Positions 35,801-45,649 of a stretch of 45,649 nucleotides of DNA are shown here, one piece after another (the first letter of the stretch is position 1; each line of letters opens with the position of its first letter). The notes beneath the pieces were generated by a model that saw only the letters and a list, made by a program, of their open reading frames with translations, was not told the DNA's origin and did no database searches. The DNA comes from Bigelowiella natans CCMP2755 (lineage: Eukaryota > Protista > Cercozoa): NCBI GenBank assembly GCA_000320545.1, contig ADNK01002747.1, positions 1-45,649 of the forward strand, given 5' to 3'. The position numbers were made by a program, and so were the translations under genes.

Positions 35801-37106
35801 TAGGATAATGATCTTCGAGAGAGTGGACAAAAGATTACCATAGGTGAGAAAAAAGCAAAAGAAATGCAGAAACAATTAGAGGCCGATGCAAAATTCCTCC
35901 AGAGTCAAGGCATAATCGACTATTCTCTGGTAAGATTTACGTAAGGAATTTATAGATAAAGTAGTAGGTGAAAGTAAAAGAGCTTCTTTGATCTAGTATA
36001 TGAGTATTTCATATTTTATGTTCTCAAAGCTAATTGGGATCCATTATCCCGGAAAACCTGATCCCCGAGAGGTAAAGGCAAGTCCAGCGTCAAGGTAGGC
36101 GCTTATATGTTTTATACATAAATCATTAATCGTTAGTCTACTCGTTAGCAATAAAATAAATTTTAATTTTTTTAGTACATTGGCAAATGATGACGTTCCT
36201 ATATGGGAACAAAACGCTCCATCTCGAGGACGGTATAATAACGTACACCTTGATAAATCACAAGTGTCCATATATTTATAGAAACTCCGCAAATTGTTAT
36301 ATTAATGTTGCCATAGATCACCAACAATTCCTCATGATGCTCGAGCTGGCTACAAGAGTGAGCTGGTAAATGTAGGAATTGGAAATGTCGATGAAGCAAA
36401 GAAAAAGGTGAAGGAAGCAACTATTGGACTATCAAGAGACCTTGTTTATTGTGATGTAAAACTAAGATCTTCATATAAATCATAAAGATGTGTAATTCAA
36501 TAGTTTGTTCAAGATATGACAAGGTCGCAAAGAAACTCTGTTGTTGACAGGAGAATATCTACTTCAAAAGAAAAAAAGAAAGGTAAATTTGGTCTATTTT
36601 TGTGATTTAGAAAGATTAAATATCTACCATTGTGCTCCACACAGAAGTTGGCCTTGAATCTGCTCGCAAAACCACAAGACATGGTCGTCAAATGAGTATC
36701 TTTAGTAAAAATGTCAACACGGAGGTATAATAATCTAATATTTAAACATCTCATGTCAAAGCTCATTCATAAATTTCTTTACTTGATTACAGGTATATTT
36801 TGTTGGAATAATAGACATTCTTGTCAGATATAATCTTAAGAAGAAGGTAAAGTATAGTGAAGTAAATTCATTGATTGGGAGATGTAGAATGATAAGTATG
36901 CTTTTTTTTATTATCCCAGGGTGAGTATATGTTCAAAAGCAAAATGATGGGCTTAGGCGACACCATTTCGGTAAAAACCTAAATATGTTTCAAGTGGCTT
37001 CTCTTCCGCGATAAACTTTTTACGTATACATCACGGTATATAGGTCATTCCTCCCGAGAAATACATGGAAAGATTTGTCGCATTCGCAAACTCATTCATA
37101 GAATGA
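32849..37106 (+). CDS. PIP5K: Phosphatidylinositol-4-phosphate 5-kinase family protein, many short introns
   Basis: FKVYAPRVF, SKSGAFFYYSNDGKYMIKT, IYGLY, YDLKGS, LK/DND, IIDYSL/LIGIH, YFVGIIDIL, IS/VIPPEKYMERF; TGA at 37104-37106. The N-terminal MGSQLSRRRK start is inferred. Confidence 0.92.
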
Positions 37107-37309
37107 CGGTTGCATTTAGAATATTGCTTTGAGAAGCTTAATACCACATATTTAAAATGCAGTAATTATGAACGACGGAGCGATGAAGACGCATACATTC
37201 GAACGCAATTCAGTATAAACTCCTGCCATAGTGTATACATTTTGACCACATGAATTCAATTATTTCGATAGCTACACACTTACCAATTATAAATAGCAGT
37301 AACTAATAC

Positions 37310-38130
37310 TAAAATGTTGGTAGCACGCCTCTAGATCTGTTTAGTTGTAGATGTTGCAGGCTTGCATGGCTATACTTTAGATCTGAGTGGATGCATCTGG
37401 ACATGATCTAGTGATATGTGTGGTGGACATGCCAGCATGGACACAGCTGACAGCACGTGCTCGACATCGCGTGCTGACAAAGCTAGCTAGCTAGCTAGAC
37501 AGTCTAGTAGTGCACACGCTAGCATGCAGCATGTGCTAGTGTGCATCGTAGCGTGTCCATTGCTAGATTGTGAATGCTAGCATACACTGTTGTAGACGTG
37601 AGGACCACTCTAGCTCTAGCTAGCTAGCACTGCCTAGCTAGCTAGCTGCGTAGCGCTAGTCTTGTAGTGCTAGAGTGGCGTGTGCAAATGCATGGCAATC
37701 GCAGGGTCAGCTAGTAGCCAGGCTAGCAAGCTTTGAGCTATCAGGTCTAAAAATCGGCTAGTCGGATGCAATAGAATGCTAGAATGTGATCTAGTGGATG
37801 CAAAAATTGGGAAATAAAACATGAAACAGTCTAGCAGTGCATTGGTGATGGGAGCTGCGCTAGCTAGCTAGGCGTCTTCCACAACTAAACATCTAGAAAT
37901 TACATTGATGCGTTTGCATGCAACACAATTAGTGCAACAGAATGCACACTTTGCACACAGATGGTGACTGTACGTCGCATAATATCTCACACACGGCCGT
38001 GCTGAATAAATCACGATAACTGTTAATTACAAATGCTATATCCCTGCTAGCCTGAAAAGCATGCCCAAAGGGCAACATCTTACAATAGACGTGCCACCGC
38101 CTGGAATTCCTAGCTAGCAAGCAACAGTAG
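37310..38130. other. CTAG-rich intergenic block 5, between convergent 3' ends
   Basis: agctagctagctagctagac at ~37481 and ctagctctagctagctagc at ~37610, plus many catg/tgca words. No credible ORF. Confidence 0.75.
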
Positions 38131-38176
38131 ATTGCGCTTCGGCGCTCTTCTTCATCACCTCATGCCACCCTCTTCA

Positions 38177-39979
38177 CTATAACGTCATGACATGCGAGAT
38201 TCTGGTGGATCCTTTGCCGTGTCGCATTCTCACGCCGAGATGGATATGGCCCTTGGCATCAGCGACCTCTGCTTGCCAGCGTTCTTGCACTAACACGCAC
38301 TTCCCATAGATCTGTACAGATATTTTGTTTTGGTTTTTGTCGTGATCATCATCGTCGCCATCATCATCATAATCATCATCGTCGCTGGCGCCATTTCGTT
38401 TGTATGCCGGGGGGGGGAGGGGAGGGTTGGAAGAAAGAAGAGAAATACGAAGAGATACGAGACGGTTGGAAAGGACATTGCACAGAGAGCAGACAACTCG
38501 CACACTGCGGCGGTTGCGCTTATCGCGCGCTCATGCACGTGCGCGATGTGCGGTTCGCCCTTGCCTGTTGCGGATTCGAAATGATCTCCTTCTCGATGCG
38601 AAATTCCACGTCTTGTATAAGTTTCTCCCCTGCTTGCTTGCCGTCAGGGCTGCACACCATCACCCGCCCCACAGTCATGCGCGGGAGGCGAAACGTCAAT
38701 AGCCCCGACTCGACGTCGCCTACCATGGTGGGGGGGGGGTGCGGGGGGTGGGAGGCAGAGAATTATACATATTTAATGACGCTGAACCGCATATTCAAAT
38801 GCGTATCTATATCATATTTAAGTGCTCCTCGCCGAGCGTGTTGGGCCGCAAGAATCACCATATTTTCCCTCTCTTACAACCAGGGGATGCATTCGGATCT
38901 AACGGTGCGCGCTCGAAATCGTGCTATCAAGCACCACGTCCTCATCATCACTAGCACCAACCTTGCAGCCCCGCGCACACATCGAGGTGCTCGCACCCTT
39001 CCCTATTGCGCTCCTCCTTGGGTATTAGCTGGCGCTTTCCAGCCTCCCAATGCTGCCACCCTCTATCAGTCGGCAGCGCCTCGTCCTTGAAGGGGTTCAT
39101 CGAGTCTCTGGGCTCTAGCACCCGGATCTGCCCCCTCCCATATGTCGGAACCTCCCAGTTTGAGCACCCGGGAGGCTCTTCCTGGCTACAGAGCTCCTCG
39201 GGGCAATATCTACATCAGGAAAGGAGGGAAGGGGGGGAGGGGGGGGATGGATTGGCCGGCGTTGAGGAATATATGATTGACCCTGCATGTGCAGAGAAAA
39301 TACAGATGGCGAGGGGGGGGGGGAAGGGGAACCAGATAACCCTCCTCCTTTCTTCATTTTAATCAGCGCATGGTGACAGCTGGACAAGCTCAATCTACAC
39401 CATCTTCTCGTGCTGTCCCCTTCCTACCGTGGCTTGGGAAGCTCCTCTATCGTCAATACGCGCTTGCCCCTCGGCCAGCGGCCCGAGAGCTTCGACTTAT
39501 CTCCAGCGTTCTCATTGAGAAATTGCGTGATCTTCTCCACGGCCCGCAGCAACGCGTAGGTGTAGTGGTAGGAGAATGCATCCGACACGACCTGAAACCT
39601 GTGTGTTTTGTGGACACTGTTTTTATTCTTGTCGCAGAAGGAGGGGTGGGGGGGGGCGCGCCGAAGCCCCAAATCATCAGCCGACTGTCTCTCCAACCTC
39701 TTTCTTTGAGGTGGCAAAATAAACCCCCCCCCCCCACACCCCCGCCCCTTCTCGCCCTCTATGCTGTTTTTTCCCTACCCCAGGGGGCCAGGGTGCCAGT
39801 TTCGAAACACAACTCCCAGAGAGCGCCGTCGCACATCGGTCACATTGCTAGGAGCCCCGTAGCGTGTTGTTGTGTGGAACCCATCTCCAATAGCGCCCCA
39901 TTTCTTCCCTGACGATTCCGCGTGGGGTACACGTATGGCAAGACTTAACAATACGCGCGCAGCGAATTATCAATATATA

Positions 39980-40019
<40 letters not shown>

Positions 40020-40054
40020 TTTACAGACGTGCGCTACGGATAGGTAGAGGAGGG

Positions 40055-40100
<46 letters not shown>

Positions 40101-40229
40101 GAGGTTTAGCGGAGGGTGTGTGGGGGGGTGGGGATTGATAATAATACCTGGGTATCCTGCTACTTGTGATATACCGTTTTGGAGACACACGATGTTTACA
40201 CCGTACTGCCCTACGAGACAATGTAAAAA

Positions 40230-40271
<42 letters not shown>

Positions 40272-40423
40272 TGTATTATTAAGATGTTTATGGGATAGGG
40301 TTGTCAGTGAGCTGTAGTCGTAACCGTATGCATTGAGAAGGAACCCATTCTCATCAATTGCGGCCGCGCACTCGTCGTCATTTCTACCTCCTGTAAAAAT
40401 GGGCATTTCCATGAGAGATTATG

Positions 40424-40482
<59 letters not shown>

Positions 40483-41020
40483 GCTACATCAATGTTTGAC
40501 GACTTGTGATTATATTATATCACACCGCACGCTCTCCCCTTCTCGAGACCATCATCACCATCATCATCACCATCATCATCATCACCATCATCTTCATCAA
40601 AGAGATCGGACCTGTGTTAAAGAACTGCGGCACCGGCGCTCCTTGCATCATCAGCACCCATCTTATCCAGCTCTCATGCGCTGCGTGCACCACGTCCCTG
40701 TCCCCCTCGAAATACGTCCACGAGTAGTGGGCAATATCGATATCGTCGCCGAGCAGGTGCCGGGCACACCATATCTGGTTCTCGAAGCTATCGCCGCAGC
40801 TGCCGCCCTGCAGTGCGTGCAAACAGGTGGTAATGATGAAATGATAATACATGTCTGGGTTGGTTTCTTCCTACTCTTCTTCCGCTCTCTTCCGCTCTCT
40901 TTCGCACACGCGCACACGCGCACATGCACACATGCCCATGCACGCACGCAAACACGATTTCCCAAGCACAAACCAACGGCGCCTACACACACACTCACAT
41001 ACGCATATATTAATATATAT

Positions 41021-41062
<42 letters not shown>

Positions 41063-41410
41063 ATATTTATATAATATTCTGCTGGTGAGAATACAGAGCG
41101 GCACCTGGCCAGCGTTTCGGACTGTCAGCTCGATATTCGCCTTCTTGAGTAACGGCTGAAGCAACCTCTCCATTTGGCGCTCATAGCCTACAGCAACAAC
41201 ACGTCAGAGGAGGAGGAGGAGGGGGAGGGGGAGGAGGAGGAGGAGGAGGAGGAGGGGGAGGGGGAGGGTGCGAACAAGGCATACACTCCGATCAATCACA
41301 CCACATATTCGCATCATCGTATGTGGTATCATCCGTGCGCAGCTCTCTCTGCTTCCCACTGCACGTAAAGCGCACAGCTGCGAGCGCTGTTCCGAATTAA
41401 GGTTGATAAG

Positions 41411-41443
<33 letters not shown>

Positions 41444-41969
41444 TTAAGTAGTAGTTGCGCACTGTCAAAATTGCAGTTGTCATGCCCCGCCGTCACCGAG
41501 CTTCCCATTGCCCCGATAATGAAGCGATCGCCGTACACCTTTCAGGACGATAGGCAGGAGGGGGGGAGGGGGGAGGGAGGAGAGTGGAGGCCTTTTCATC
41601 TTAGACGCTGTCGTTATCATCACGATCACGCCGCCCCGTCATCACCACCATTATCACCGCTCACACAACTTACCAGCGCTCGCGCAAATTTCTCTGCAAT
41701 GAAGTCAATCCCCTTCTCATAGCTGGGGAGAGATCAAGGGCGAGGAAAAAGAGGGGGGGAGGGGAGGGGAGGGAGGGGAGGGTATTTAATACGTTAATTC
41801 TCTCATTTTTTCACTCTGAATAATCTTAGAGTCGATAGCAGCAATGAAAGAAACCGTTATGAGTACCAAATAATATGGTAGTGGCAAACAATAATCACGA
41901 CGTTAATGAAGCTGTCATCTCACAAAATACGTCACGGATTCTCTCCTATCTTTGCCTTCCTTTCGAGGA

Positions 41970-42015
<46 letters not shown>

Positions 42016-42053
42016 TTACCGCACGGTTCGCACCGCTTACTAAAAGAAGTAGC

Positions 42054-42092
<39 letters not shown>

Positions 42093-42560
42093 CGTGTGTG
42101 TGTATTATTTAGTTATGACGCAATTGCTTGATGCGTTGTTGTTGTTGTTGTTATTGTTGTTGTTGTTGTTGTTACTACCGTTGATCTCCAGGCCTCAATA
42201 GCAGAGACTTCTCCAGCGCCTCAGGGCCATGCCAGTATCTTTGCATAGGGGAGAGAGAAGGGGGGGTGGGGGGGGGGGAAGTAATGCGTATAAAATATCT
42301 TTGCAATAATATATTATCGTATGCGGCTCGTTTCATGCGTGTTTCGTGGGCCTACATAGCAGCTGTAATCATCATCAAAGATTACTATTTCGTGACGTGA
42401 TAATAGATCATATCTTTTCGAGCGACCTTTCTAGCCCCTCCCGGAAGGCGATGACCTCTTCTCGAAACAGGTTCAAGTCGATATCAAGCAGGGGGCGAGC
42501 GGGCTGCTTCTCCCCAGAGGAGGCTGCCATCCGCCTGATATCCGTTGAGTTTATCGTCGT
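38177..42560 (-). CDS. SGNH-hydrolase-like protein, multi-exon; probably extends upstream through coiled-coil/acidic exons to ~44300
   Basis: Exons: FIIGAMGSSVTAGHDNC (block I-like), LTVRNAGQ/GGSCGD (block II-like), DIAHYSWTYFE, VFRNWHPGPL/GFQVVSD (block V His), and a last exon ending SHVMTL-stop at 38177. Upstream exon-like pieces lie at ~42860-43170 and ~43730-43885. Confidence 0.65.
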
Positions 42561-43334
42561 TAAGGCAAAACGGTAGAAACACTGCCAAATCGAGAGGAGC
42601 ACCCCGCCACCCCCCCCCCTCCCCCTCCCCCCGCCATCATACTCGAAATGGAAACGTGAATATTTATCGCCGTGGTGGTGGCCACATTACTCGGAATAAG
42701 CGCCTCTTCCACTGCCGCTATTTGCACGTCGCCCCGATCTCCGCACCTCCTCTCTGATCTCACTGATTTCCTCCTCGATATGCTTCAGCATCTTCCCCCC
42801 CCGGCTCCTTCCCCCGGTCCACTACCGGGGACAGCGCTGCCCCCCTCCCTCCTAACTCTCCGCTCAATCTCACTGATTCGGGAGGAGAGGGCGGCCTCGG
42901 AGCCTAAATGCTCGCTCTCTTCGTGAATCAGCTCTCTTCCGCGGCTCTCCATCTCGGTTACCCTCGAGCTCATTGCTGCCCACTTCCGCTTTAGAGCGGC
43001 GAGATCAGACGCCAGCTTCTCCTCCTTGTCGACCTCATGTTTCAGTGCTTCTTCGAGCCTGAGCACTGCTGCGCCCTCCCCTGCTAGCGCCGGCGAAGCC
43101 ATTGAAGAAGAACTGCCTTTGGTGGTGATCCGGCCGCCCTGCGAGAAGACAGAGTTTTCAGCCTCGCCAAAACCTGTACCCGTTATGGGGGGAGAAGGGG
43201 GGGGGAAGGGAGCAAAATGTGCGATAAATCCTATTGCAATCAACGAGTTGCTAGAACTAGGCAACTAACACACATGCGCGCGCGCGCGCGCAAACATGAT
43301 AAAAATGGAGAGAGAGCGCGCGCAAACATGATAA

Positions 43335-43375
<41 letters not shown>

Positions 43376-44604
43376 CAAAGAAGGTTCGTCTGTCACTACG
43401 ATCGCACTAGCACTGCCTCGCAGCCCGCTCGGAAAGGGTTTCTTCGATTTAATTTTAGTGCTGGCAAAGAGCTCTACTACCACTACCACTGCTGCTGCCT
43501 GTAGCATGAGACACCCCCCCTGCCGGCACGAGCCGTGTTTCCTCGGACGAGATGCTTCCCATGAAGAAGCCAAAGGTGAAAAGCAGCCCAATGAGAATCA
43601 CAACCACGGGAACGAGCATCTTCCAGCTGTACTTGAACTTGCTCTGAGCAGCACAGGGATGCAGCAGTCAGCCTGCATCAGAGACGAGCTCTCTCTTGTG
43701 AGCGAACAACTGTGAGAACATCACTTACATTCGGGCCGTGCGCGAGAACCCGCATGAGCTCTTCGTCGAAGTCGTCGTCGTCGTCCTCGAAATCATCATC
43801 ATCTCCCTCCCCGCTGTTGAGCATGTGATCGTCGATTAGCTCCAGCGTTTGGTCACCGTCAACGCCCGTGTTGTCCGTCGCAGCTGAATGAACGAAGAAG
43901 GGGAGGGTGGGGGAAGGGGGGGGGGGGGGGGGAGGAACGGTTTCCTTTCACTGAATTTCCAGAGAGTGCGTGAGCAAATGAACCTCCTTTTGAGGACCTG
44001 CCTTTAATGGAAGCATGGATGGACAGCATTTATGCAGCACTAGCCTACAATCTCTTCCCTCCAAACAACACAAATCTTGCGACACATCGGCCCCTTTGGA
44101 ACCCCCCCTTTCATGCTCCATAGAATCTCTCGCTCACCGCTGCGCCGCATGGTCGTTGTCTAGCACCGCAACCCCGCGCGTCCTTGCCCCTGATCTCCGT
44201 ACAGTATCACGATTATTCCGGTTCGCGGGCGGGGGAAGACGAGTGAGCGGGACTGACGACAAAGAATTCTGATTTCAAGAACGCGACAATCAAAATATTG
44301 TTTATTTCTATAAAAATACAGGATATTTTTTGACATACATATAATAATAAGATCTCTGGAAAATTCGAAATTAGCAGAACATTTTAATTAAATAATTGAT
44401 CATTTTTCAAGTCGCTCCCTTTGAAATCTGCCGCTCTCGTTGATGGCTTTGACCAGTCCGGGGCTCGCGCCCGAGGCCAACTTTTCGTCCTGATTTTATC
44501 TGACGATTCGAAATAAGAGCTGATATGGAATATGGTCTCCGTGAAATATGCAATAATATTTTTCTAATTCGAACATTCCGTAGCAGAGAGAATCTGAGAG
44601 CACA

Positions 44605-45361
44605 ATGGTGCTCACACGGAGACCCCCGCGTCCTAGCTGCTGCAGCTGCAGCTATTCGTTCGCACCAGGTGGACAGTTATTAGACATGTAGTAAGAAATA
44701 CACGGCGGAGATAAGTGAAGTAACACCTTTTGGTTGATAGCGTAAGAAATACGAGGTTATAAGAAGAGAGGGGGGGATTTTGTTCTGATTGCAGGCCCTC
44801 GAGGCGGGGTCTTTATGAAACTGACACGTCCTCCTTGTAGGATTTTCCACATTAGTGGTGCTGGCGACGCTGCTTTTTGTGGGGAAGCTTGGGAGTGGGG
44901 GGATTAGGAGCCATGCCTTCCAGTTATCACCTCGACGTGGCATCGGGGTGAGAAGAACGTGTTTCACCCCCATCCTCAATGAAGCACTACACTCGTAATC
45001 GTACGATGTGAATCTCTCTTTCTCAATGCCGTGCTGGATTTTATGGCTAAGATCCTATCCCCCCTCTCCTGTTCACAATTTTCACTTTTTCCAACAGTCG
45101 CCATGCGAGTTGAGCTTACGAACATGTTACTCCTCGTAAAACAGGGCAAGAAGGCGATGTTTACTTCATGGTTATCGATAAGAGCATCCGTCCCCTCTCT
45201 GACAGTGTCATCGTTATCGTCTTCATCGATATACCGATCTTCCATCCATTGTAGCAGAGCACAGAACGACGAGCATCCTCGAATACCTCCCATGAAACAC
45301 GATGTACCAATGCTGGCTGCTGCTGATAGTAGCTTGCAGCGCCTTTTGTTGGTGCTTTGCC

Positions 45362-45421
<60 letters not shown>

Positions 45422-45649
45422 TTCTCGTTGTCAGATTATGTATGTATGTGATTGCATTTATGGAATACAAAATCGTGTCTTCGTCACCATGTTGCTGATA
45501 CCAAAGGCCTCAACTTCAATACCAGCAGCGCTAGCAAATCATCCGTACTATAAGGCATATATCAGGTAGGAGAGACAAGCCCAAGTGCACCCATACAGAA
45601 TGAGAGAGGGGGGGGGGGGAAGGGGGGGAAAGGGGGAAACCGGGGGGGA
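44605..45649 (+). CDS. Possible 5' part of a gene with signal/transit-like leader
   Basis: ATG at 44605 followed by a GT donor; segment GFSTLVVLATLLFVGKLGSGGIRSHAFQLSPRRG at ~44840. Not resolved. Confidence 0.25.

Noticed and set aside
43283-43350. ~33-bp local duplication gcgcgcgcaaacatgataaaaatggagagagag
   Set aside because: It is flanked by microsatellites in a probable intron, so ordinary slippage explains it.
1-45649. tRNA or rRNA genes
   Set aside because: No recognisable cloverleaf or rRNA signature. The only tRNA-like sequence is the PBS.

Overview
Eukaryotic, intron-rich genomic DNA. Microsatellite-filled introns and a signal-plus-transit leader suggest a secondary-plastid protist, possibly a chlorarachniophyte (inference only). 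Hand-spliced genes, in order: unknown N-terminally anchored protein (-, partial), allantoicase (+), intronless CDK-like kinase (-), TruD-family pseudouridine synthase (+), secreted T4/GH24-type lysozyme (-), CGGC protein with a bipartite leader (+), a young Ty3/Gypsy LTR retrotransposon (-, apparently identical 326-bp LTRs, AACA target-site duplication), myristoylated EF-hand protein (+), coiled-coil protein (-), PIP5K (+), SGNH-like protein (-), and a possible 5'-partial gene (+). Two observations stand out. (1) The window is divided into mostly divergent gene pairs by ~1-kb non-coding blocks rich in CTAG/AGCT/TGCA/CATG palindromes. These blocks occur only downstream of gene 3' ends, and intron style changes across several of them. 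(2) The retrotransposon sits inside one block and carries, where a chromodomain would be, a C-terminal domain resembling a degenerate DIRS/phage Dam-type DNA adenine methyltransferase. All calls are by eye; no database searches were run.
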